Assembly (NCBI GenBank): GCA_035559535.1
Contig: DATMBG010000040.1
Coordinates: 124,001-170,719, forward strand
DNA: 46,719 nt
Direction: 5' to 3'
Source of the DNA: Candidatus Limnocylindrales bacterium
GTDB taxonomy: Bacteria > Moduliflexota > Moduliflexia > Moduliflexales > JAUQPW01
The stretch's first letter is position 1; each line of letters starts with the position of its first letter. A model generated the notes under the pieces. That model was not told the DNA's origin. It worked only from the letters and a program-made list of their open reading frames with translations, and ran no database searches. This document shows positions 40,145 to 46,719 of the stretch, piece by piece. A program made the position numbers and the translations under genes.

Positions 40145-40500
40145 CACCCCCTCATGCCTGCCCCTCCCCTTCCTCCCTTCAGAGGTGGGTTTTCTCTAAA
40201 CCTAACCCCCTTCTCGCATCGAGGAGGGGGGAAGGTGGGGATGGCCTGGGTCCTTACTTTCCCCTTCCCTCCCAGGAAAGGGGAGTCGGAGGAATCAGGT
40301 TTAAAAAACCTGCCCTTAAAACCTTTCCCCTTCTGAAGCTTCAGGAGAGGGAGAGCGAGGCAGACACGCCAGGATGAGAAAGTTAGCCCCAGGTGGCCCC
40401 GCCGGTGCTAGCCTTTTTATCTCCTGGCACGTATGGAGAGCGAAGGGGGTGAGGTAGACGGTTGTACTCCCAGCTAAGCCTGCCCGGTGCTACGGAGACC
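40145..40500. repeat. Intergenic cluster of REP-like / palindromic repeats related to 340-755
   Basis: CCTAACCCCCTTCTC..GAGGAGGGGG and CCCCTTCCC..GGAAAGGGG hairpins; shared CGCCAGGATRAGAAAGTTAGCCC and TGCTACGGAG motifs. Confidence 0.6.
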
Positions 40501-40572
40501 GGAATTGGCTTTACAAAGTATAAAAGGATTTAAAATTCCCCTTGACAGGAAACCAGGTCAGGTATTTCTTAA

Positions 40573-40591
40573 TACTTAGGAATCCTAAGTA
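40573..40591. promoter_or_regulatory. Palindromic operator, probably for the adjacent MarR regulator
   Basis: TACTTAGGA-A-TCCTAAGTA, downstream of TTGACA at 40542-40547. Confidence 0.65.
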
Positions 40592-40658
40592 ATTAACAAT
40601 TTATCTGCCAGGATGAGAGATACCATCAGATAATCTATAAGTCGAGGAGGTTAAAACC

Positions 40659-41159
40659 ATGAAAAAATCGATTATATTCTTAGGAATAGGGGGTTTCCTC
40701 ATAAGTCTTTCTTTAGGGGTCATTGCGTTATCAGGTGAAAGCAATCAGCAGAAAGTTAATTATCCCAAGGATTACCGAAATTGGACCCATGTGAAATCCA
40801 TGGTGATTCAGCAGGGTCATCCGCTTTTTGAAGCTTTTGGTGGAATCCATCATATCTATGCCAATGAGAAAGCCCTGGAGGCCATGACATCGGGCAAATC
40901 CTATCCCGATGGAGCGATTTTAGTTTTTGATCTCCTAGAAGCCAAAGTTGAAAATAATGCTATTGTGGAAGGCCCCCGGAAAGTTCTCGGTGTGATGGAA
41001 AAGAACACCAAAAGCTTTACCGAAACCGGTGGGTGGGGTTTTGAGACATTCAAAGATGATACCCAAGAGCGGGTGGTTAAGGATCCAAAGGGGGATTGTT
41101 TTTCCTGCCATGCTTCCCAGACAAAAACAGATTTTGTATTTAGCAGTTACCGAAAGTAA
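40659..41159 (+). CDS. Cytochrome P460 / c'-beta family protein
   Basis: Signal peptide, YPKDYRNW, YPDGA, M.K..TGGWGF, C-terminal CFSCH, DFVF; GAGGAGG RBS. Confidence 0.88.
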   Translation: MKKSIIFLGIGGFLISLSLGVIALSGESNQQKVNYPKDYRNWTHVKSMVIQQGHPLFEAFGGIHHIYANEKALEAMTSGKSYPDGAILVFDLLEAKVENNAIVEGPRKVLGVMEKNTKSFTETGGWGFETFKDDTQERVVKDPKGDCFSCHASQTKTDFVFSSYRK

Positions 41160-41174
41160 GGTTTCTTAGATTTG

Positions 41175-41196
41175 GAAGGGAGCCCAGGCTCCCTTC
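41175..41196 (+). terminator. GC-rich stem-loop between the cytochrome and MarR genes (weak U-tract)
   Basis: GAAGGGAGCC-CA-GGCTCCCTTC. Confidence 0.45.
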
Positions 41197-41247
41197 GAAG
41201 CCGGTTTGCTTAGTGATCCCCTTTCCACCGGTTCAGGGGCTCTGGTT

Positions 41248-41892
41248 ATGGAATCCGTATTTAACCTATCTACACAGCATCGAGAAACAGACAGTAAAAT
41301 TGTTGCTGCACTGGAACGGCTCTCTCAGGCCTTTCGTATTTTGCTTTGGGAGCAGGCAAAAGAACATGACCTGAGTCCTATTCAGATCCAGTTCCTTGTT
41401 TATTTACTTTATCATCAGCAGGAAAGGGTTTTCCTGTGCCGGGTCAGTCAACTTGCCAGGGAATTTGACCTGACCCAGGCTACGGTAAGTGATGCGGTTA
41501 AATCACTGGAAGAGAAAAATCTTGTTTATCGAGAACCCTACCCCGGCGATAAGCGTATTTTTACCTTGCGGTTGACTCCCCAGGGCAAACAATTAGCCCT
41601 AAAGCTTTCCACCTGGGCCAATGTAATCAAGGAGAATGTAGCCCAGTTTTGCCCTAAGGAACAGGAAATCGTCCTTAAATTCCTGATGCAGTTGATTGCA
41701 TCCCTGCAAAGGGCGGGGATTATTACCATCTCCAGGATGTGTATAACTTGTAGATTTTTTCAACCAGACGCCCATCCTGGTACCGATTCCCCCCACCATT
41801 GCAGGCTCATCGACAAACCCCTGGCCAACTCAGAGCTAAGAATCGACTGCCCGGAACATGAACCGCTTATAGGGGCTAAAGGCCAGAAATGA
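41248..41892 (+). CDS. MarR-family regulator with C-terminal 4-Cys motif
   Basis: LSPIQIQFL, LAREF..TQATVSDAVKSLEEK.L, DKR...LTP.G; C-terminal CITC...HC...DCPEH. Confidence 0.88.
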   Translation: MESVFNLSTQHRETDSKIVAALERLSQAFRILLWEQAKEHDLSPIQIQFLVYLLYHQQERVFLCRVSQLAREFDLTQATVSDAVKSLEEKNLVYREPYPGDKRIFTLRLTPQGKQLALKLSTWANVIKENVAQFCPKEQEIVLKFLMQLIASLQRAGIITISRMCITCRFFQPDAHPGTDSPHHCRLIDKPLANSELRIDCPEHEPLIGAKGQK

Positions 41893-42076
41893 CCGGGGAG
41901 GTAAAAATTTACTCATCTGCCTGGGATAAAGGTACAGACGACCTCAAAAAGCCAATACAGGGACTCCTGAAACTGAAATCCACGGGGGGGATGGCCCCCT
42001 CTCACAGGTAAAAGATTTTCCCGGTCAGTTAATCAGGTGGAAGAGGGTCATGGTAAACTATCCTCTTCCCTTAAAA

Positions 42077-43360
42077 TTATTCCACAGGAGAGAGTCTGTC
42101 AAAATTCCCTTTTTTCCGACCTACTTTTGCACAAGGAGTTCCTTCTACTTCCACCACATCCGCCGTCACATCAATTTTGTTTTTAAAGAGGCTGGAACCC
42201 ACTGCATAGGCATCTACAGGGACAGCCAGTTTTTCGAAGAGTTCGATTTTATTCAGGTCAAATCCACCGGAGACTACAATCTTAAGTTCGTTTAAGCCGT
42301 TTTGATCGAATACCTGCCTGGCAGTATGGACCAGTTCCGGGCAAACTCCCAGGCTGGATTCATCTCGCGGTACGACCGATTTATCACGTAAGTAACCGGA
42401 AGTATCAAATCGAACTCCCCAGATCTTATTCTTTCCTTCTCCAATCACCTTATGCCATTGGCTCGGATTACCCGGGTCAATACCACCTCCATGGTACTCT
42501 TTATAGAAGGCCTTAACCACTTCCAGGGTAGTACCAATGCAATCGTTATCCCAGTCGACCAGGATAATACGATTGACAGAAGGATCGATCTGACGGTCGA
42601 AGGCCAGTGCAGCGGCACTGGTTGATCCATGGTAAGCACCGATGAGGGCATGGGGTATGGTTCCCAAACCCTTGGTACCCCAATAATTTGCATTGGCATC
42701 GGTACTTACACCAAAAGCTCCGGCTTTCATAGCGGCATACCCGTCGGTAGCCTGGACCCAGAAATGATCGAATCGGGCCGGGAAGAAGAGAATCGGTTTG
42801 CCTCGAGCCGCTTTAACCACTTTATAAGTAGCAGTGGCTGTAGCCGTAGGTCTTGCAATAACACCTAACAAGACGGTCTCCAGATAGGCAAAGTATTGTT
42901 GCGGCCCCTGGATAACCAGAAAAGGTTCCCAAGGCTCGACCATATCTCCATCGTAGAGAGCGCGGACTTTGATTTGATCCCAACAGTTAACCCACAACCG
43001 ATTGAGCTCTTGACGAATTCTCGTTCGAGAAGCCGTTAATCTGAGAATCTCATCCTCATTCCCTTCTACAACGACCCGATGAAGTTGTTGCTCAACAGCT
43101 CGAAGTTTTTCGTACAAGTCCGCGGCCTTTTCCAGGTCGGTATAGTAACCGGTGCAATATTTCAGGATCGCAATGGCCTCATCGAGTCCAACCACCACAG
43201 CGTGCTCCCGAACAAAGAATTGATAGGTCACCGAAGGATTATACTTCTCCTTACGAAGAATCTCCGTAACACGTAGAAAATACTTGTCAGAATAATAACC
43301 CTCTCGGATTTTATCGATAGGAACTTTAAAAACAGTGGGATCTAATCGTTGTTTGGACAT
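42077..43360 (-). CDS. Nicotinate phosphoribosyltransferase-like (NAPRTase/QAPRTase family)
   Basis: YSDKYF, YLETVLLG, GTIPHAL, LVDWDND, GVRFDTSG, IVVSGG, AYAVGS, KVGR. Confidence 0.85.
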   Translation of the reverse strand: MSKQRLDPTVFKVPIDKIREGYYSDKYFLRVTEILRKEKYNPSVTYQFFVREHAVVVGLDEAIAILKYCTGYYTDLEKAADLYEKLRAVEQQLHRVVVEGNEDEILRLTASRTRIRQELNRLWVNCWDQIKVRALYDGDMVEPWEPFLVIQGPQQYFAYLETVLLGVIARPTATATATYKVVKAARGKPILFFPARFDHFWVQATDGYAAMKAGAFGVSTDANANYWGTKGLGTIPHALIGAYHGSTSAAALAFDRQIDPSVNRIILVDWDNDCIGTTLEVVKAFYKEYHGGGIDPGNPSQWHKVIGEGKNKIWGVRFDTSGYLRDKSVVPRDESSLGVCPELVHTARQVFDQNGLNELKIVVSGGFDLNKIELFEKLAVPVDAYAVGSSLFKNKIDVTADVVEVEGTPCAKVGRKKGNFDRLSPVE

Positions 43361-43365
43361 GGTCT

Positions 43366-43435
43366 TTAATTGTTAATTGTTCGTTATGGGTTGTTTTGGG
43401 GTTAGATGACAACGGACAACGAACAACGGACAAAT
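43366..43435. repeat. Short tandem heptamer repeats
   Basis: GACAACG-GACAACG-AACAACG-GACAAAT (43408-43435) and TTAATTG-TTAATTG-TTCGTTA (43366-43386). Confidence 0.7.
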
Positions 43436-43437
43436 GT

Positions 43438-44172
43438 CTAAAAAGGAAATAAGATACCTTTATCTTGTAACTTAATAAATCGGTCCAGAGCAAAAGAATA
43501 AAGTTGTGCAGGTCGATGATAACCTCGATAGATTTTTGTCTCCCCCTCACATTCTTTCAGAATTCCCATAGACAGAATCTTCTTCCTGAAATTTCGCTTA
43601 TCCAGTTTTTTATTCAGGATAATTTCATAAACTTTTTGAAGCTCGGTTAAGGTGAATTTCTCCGGTAAAAGTTGAAAGCCGACCGTTGTGTAATTTAGTT
43701 TGTTCCTCAATCTTTCTAGCGCATAGTCCAAAATTTCCTTATGATCAAAAGCCAGCGGAGGGAGTTTATACATAGAAAACCATTGGACTTCTTCAACGTT
43801 GGGGGACGCCCGGAGATTCAATTCTTCAGAGTTGATAAGGGCAAAGTAGGCCACTGTAATGACACGCATTCTTGGATCCCGGTGAGGATCTCCAAATGTG
43901 TAAAGTTGCTCTAAATACACATCGGATACATGGGTTTCCTCCTTAAGTTCGCGTCGAGCCGCATGATCCAGGGATTCATCTTTGCGAACAAATCCACCGG
44001 GAATAGCCCACATCCCCTTGAATGGTGGGATTTTTCTTTTAACAAGGAGTACTTTTAAATCCGCTTCCAAGATGGTGAAGATGACGATATCCACGGTCAC
44101 AGCATAGCACTCAACACAACTTACCGGGTCTTCGGATAGATTATCTATCTTCTCAAGGTTTTTCTCATCCAT
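43438..44172 (-). CDS. nrtR: NrtR-type Nudix-related transcriptional regulator
   Basis: VTVDIVIF, WAIPGGFV..ESL..AARRELKEET, RDPR, LAFDH, FTLTELQ..YE, DKRNFRKK, RPA.LY; upstream of an NAD salvage gene. Confidence 0.9.
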   Translation of the reverse strand: MDEKNLEKIDNLSEDPVSCVECYAVTVDIVIFTILEADLKVLLVKRKIPPFKGMWAIPGGFVRKDESLDHAARRELKEETHVSDVYLEQLYTFGDPHRDPRMRVITVAYFALINSEELNLRASPNVEEVQWFSMYKLPPLAFDHKEILDYALERLRNKLNYTTVGFQLLPEKFTLTELQKVYEIILNKKLDKRNFRKKILSMGILKECEGETKIYRGYHRPAQLYSFALDRFIKLQDKGILFPF

Positions 44173-44198
44173 GGTTTCCGGTCTGGTTAAGGAAATAT

Positions 44199-44221
44199 GA
44201 TATTGTATTAAATACAATATC
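44199..44221. promoter_or_regulatory. NrtR operator
   Basis: GATATTGTATT-A-AATACAATATC palindrome with the GT-N7-AC core, just after the minus-strand promoter TTGACA(44251-44246)-17 nt-TATTTT. Confidence 0.8.
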
Positions 44222-44429
44222 CAAAATAAGAACCAGGTCCTTTACTGTCAAGGAAAAATATTTCCTTCCCTGGAAGAGGGTATAATTCTCTTGACTAACG
44301 TTCAAGACTTTATTATCGTAGTACTAGCTATCTATCGTAAATTTATCATCAAAAAAGACTCCCCTTTTGGGAGTCGAATTGTTATAAAGGTGATAGAAAG
44401 CGAGTGTAGATCGGGAGGAGTCATAACGA

Positions 44430-44894
44430 ATGAGTATGAAAGATTTGGAAAGGGTTACCAAAGAGAATGAACGGCTCATAGAGGAATTTAAAAGGTTTCT
44501 TGAGCGAAAAGGGGTCGAGAAGAGTCTAGTGGAAAGGCATGTAGAAAATGCCAGCCAGTACGCCCTTTTTTATACGACCTATGGGTTTGAGCCCAAAAGC
44601 GCTAAAGAAATCGATGGCTTTGAAATTCATTGTTTTCTAGGCGAGTTTATCATTCGTAAAGTCGTTAACTGTACGCCAGCTTATATGAACGAAGTAGCTG
44701 AATCTTTAAGAGAGTTTTGTTACTTTCTAAAAGAAACCGGAATTATTGATGAATATGATTTGGAAGAGGCTTTAGAGCGTTGTGAAAAAACGGATATTTA
44801 TGTTCGCCGGTTGGAAGAATACAACCGATTGATCAGTAGCGGTCAATTTAATAAAGTCGATTCCTGGCGTATGCGGGTTTACGAGGAGTTTTAA
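44430..44894 (+). CDS. Hypothetical helical protein, integrase SAM-like N-terminal fold suspected
   Basis: GGAGGAG RBS; EEFKRFL..KG...V.RH.....SLREF.YFL..TG pattern. Confidence 0.6.
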   Translation: MSMKDLERVTKENERLIEEFKRFLERKGVEKSLVERHVENASQYALFYTTYGFEPKSAKEIDGFEIHCFLGEFIIRKVVNCTPAYMNEVAESLREFCYFLKETGIIDEYDLEEALERCEKTDIYVRRLEEYNRLISSGQFNKVDSWRMRVYEEF

Positions 44895-45024
44895 ACCCTA
44901 TTGACTCATCTTTGACAGAAACATCTGTAATTTTAATCCCCTACCATTTTATGTAGGGTCTTGACGACCTTAAGGCCCTATGTTGTCTCCAAAGCTTGGT
45001 CCTGAGTTGAAACGTGGAGGTTAA

Positions 45025-45696
45025 ATGGGTAACCAAAAGACATTCTGGTTCGTGTTAGCAGGTTTACTCTTTCAAGCGGTTTTCGTATCTGCTCAAAATA
45101 TCGATTCCTTAACCGGGGTTGTTTTAGATATCCGGAGTAATCAACCGGTTAAGGGCGCTAAGGTTCACCTGGAACAAAGGGCCGGATTTTCAACCGTCAC
45201 AGATGAGTTAGGCCATTTTAAGTTAAAATTTGATCCACCCCTTCGGGTGGATGAGCCGGCAAAAATTATTGTTGAGAAAAGTGGTTTTAAAACCCTTATT
45301 CAATCTATTCAGGCCGGTGAAGTGGCACTAACCCTGGAGTTAACACCTGTAGAAGGACCCAATTATCGAAAATGGATCTCCCTGGGAGCCAGTGCGGCAG
45401 CGGCAGGAACGGCTTTAGCCTTTTTACAGGCCGCTAATAACAGTCGGGATGAGGCGGAAGCCTCTCGAACCGAAAGTGACTTTAATCAATTTAACGATGA
45501 TTTTCGACGTAATAAAACCCTGGCCATAACCTTTGAGATTATCGCCGGTGCAGCCGGAGGTTATTTCCTTTATGAGCAGTTTTTTAAGCCCAAACCCTCT
45601 TCAGAAGTCATTGCTAAAGAAAACCCTACAAACTTCCAGATCACACCTCAATTAACTCGAGAAGGAGCTATGATCGTAGTTCATAAGAGATTTTAA
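45025..45696 (+). CDS. Exported protein with carboxypeptidase-regulatory-like domain and hydrophobic C-terminal hairpin
   Basis: Signal peptide ending VSA, LTGVVLD...PVKGAKV...TDELGHF...KSGFK; GGAGG RBS. Confidence 0.7.
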   Translation: MGNQKTFWFVLAGLLFQAVFVSAQNIDSLTGVVLDIRSNQPVKGAKVHLEQRAGFSTVTDELGHFKLKFDPPLRVDEPAKIIVEKSGFKTLIQSIQAGEVALTLELTPVEGPNYRKWISLGASAAAAGTALAFLQAANNSRDEAEASRTESDFNQFNDDFRRNKTLAITFEIIAGAAGGYFLYEQFFKPKPSSEVIAKENPTNFQITPQLTREGAMIVVHKRF

Positions 45697-45701
45697 AATC
45701 T

Positions 45702-46235
45702 ATGAAAAAAATCCGACTTCTGATCGTCCTGGTTATTCTGTTGGGGATAAGTTTTCTCTCTGGATGTCCCCAGGAACCCACAGCCCCTGTTTTTCTAAGT
45801 GTAGCTATTACCCAACCTCAAGGACAGATTACCTGTATTCAGACCTCTCGAGATGTACCGGAACCGTGTTCATTTGAGGTAACCGGGACCTCTACCCGGG
45901 TCGTTTCCGAGCCGGATGTAGGAATTTACGTCTTATTAGAACCCACAAGACCTTCTGCTGGAGGTTTTTTTATTCAGCTTCCTCCGGCTACGGTGCAAAG
46001 CAATGGAGACTGGTCTGCCACAGCAACCCTGGATGATGAATTGATACAAGTCCGTAATGGAGCCATACTGAATATCGAGGCCGTAATTGCGGAACGGGCC
46101 GGTGGAATTGAGAGCCAGATCAATCCTGTACCCAATCTGGCCGATATTCCCGGCATCCTTGTTCAGTCCGATCCGGTTAGCTTAACGGTTGTCGTACCCA
46201 CCCCAACTCCGATACCAACGCGCCGGGGACGGTAG
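45702..46235 (+). CDS. Hypothetical lipoprotein (Ig-like, beta-rich)
   Basis: MKKIR + hydrophobic stretch + LSGC lipobox; ITQP, V.GT, NGDWS; PT-rich tail. Confidence 0.7.
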   Translation: MKKIRLLIVLVILLGISFLSGCPQEPTAPVFLSVAITQPQGQITCIQTSRDVPEPCSFEVTGTSTRVVSEPDVGIYVLLEPTRPSAGGFFIQLPPATVQSNGDWSATATLDDELIQVRNGAILNIEAVIAERAGGIESQINPVPNLADIPGILVQSDPVSLTVVVPTPTPIPTRRGR

Positions 46236-46579
46236 CCAGGAAGAAGCAGGAGGCAGATGGTTTTTCTGTTCGTATTTCTAAGGCCAGTTTACTACTTTCT
46301 CCGGCAATCCAAGGCAACCCCTCGTCAGTCCCTCCTTTTTGAGGCAGGTTTTTTATGGGAGTACTGGCTGGTAATACCCCCAGAGAATGGATAGGATGCG
46401 GCCTATAGGCTATGAACTTTAGGGAAGTATCAAGGTGAAAGGCCCGCCACGCAGGAAATCTGTTAATACACCACGTCTGTTCCCGGATTCAGCCTTTAGC
46501 AGCCTAACTTTGATTTTTTGCAAACTGTGAGGGCTTTGTGTTCATAAAGAACGGGTATAAGACTCTGTGGATAAGGGGT

Positions 46580-46617
46580 AAAAAAGTAAAACCCGCCATG
46601 GAGGGGGGCCATGGCGG
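46580..46617 (-). terminator. Intrinsic terminator (minus strand)
   Basis: CCGCCATGG stem with 7-nt loop, followed on the minus strand by GTTTTACTTTTTT. Confidence 0.7.
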
Positions 46618-46662
46618 CTGCCGTCTACCCGAAGGACCCCCTCACCTGCTACTTGTCAATAC

Positions 46663-46719
46663 TTATAAACCACGTCCCAGTCCCAGGACGCCAAACAGCC
46701 AGATCCGTAATCCCATCTC
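46663..46719 (-). CDS. Possible 3' end of a gene entering from the right edge
   Basis: Open frame EMGLRIWLFGVLGLGRGL* ending just before the minus-strand terminator; too short to identify. Confidence 0.3.
   Translation of the reverse strand, partial: EMGLRIWLFGVLGLGRGL

Noticed and set aside
40138-40377. ORFs 40138-40377 and 40154-40336
   Set aside because: Pro/Gly-rich translations of palindromic repeat DNA
46440-46500. GCTGAATCC on the minus strand, the start of the c-di-AMP (ydaO) riboswitch
   Set aside because: The downstream GGAACC / GGGG.GAA / CAGCTAAC elements are absent
46566-46574. Perfect DnaA box (TGTGGATAA)
   Set aside because: Single box; no cluster, unwinding element or dnaA gene visible, so not called oriC

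Overview
Bacterial chromosomal window (moderate GC by eye; lineage not identifiable from sequence), mostly housekeeping and envelope genes. In order: a lipid-linked glycosylation cluster (partial FAD oxidoreductase, GT-C/ArnT-like, GT2), a UbiA/MqnP-like prenyltransferase, a CBS protein, ispE and tRNA-Gln(UUG). A ~6 kb accessory block follows the tRNA: a GYD protein, a small inverted-repeat-bounded element, an AT-rich leader, and a convergent pair of an OpgH-like glucosyltransferase and a lipoprotein with tandem CBM-like domains plus a beta-1,2-glucanase-clan-like domain. Next come comEC-comEA-copA-csoR with divergent comF, a sigma54-promoter REC-GAF gene converging on a catalytically dead sigma54-activator-like AAA+ protein, a Hel308/Ski2-like helicase with a C-terminal extension, a REC-DUF4388-like regulator, panE, dppBC-like permeases, PspA-like and PaaK-like genes, metK-ahcY, HEAT-repeat, FmdB and RraA genes, an orphan sigma54 promoter before an SRPBCC remnant, a cytochrome c'-beta-like/Cys-rich MarR pair, nrtR with a NAPRTase-like gene, and exported hypotheticals. 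Best candidates for undescribed biology: (1) the two-gene beta-1,2-glucan module without opgG/opgD, (2) the pseudo-enhancer-binding protein/REC-GAF pair, (3) competence genes wrapped around a CsoR copper module. All family calls are by-eye motif recognition; no database searches were run.
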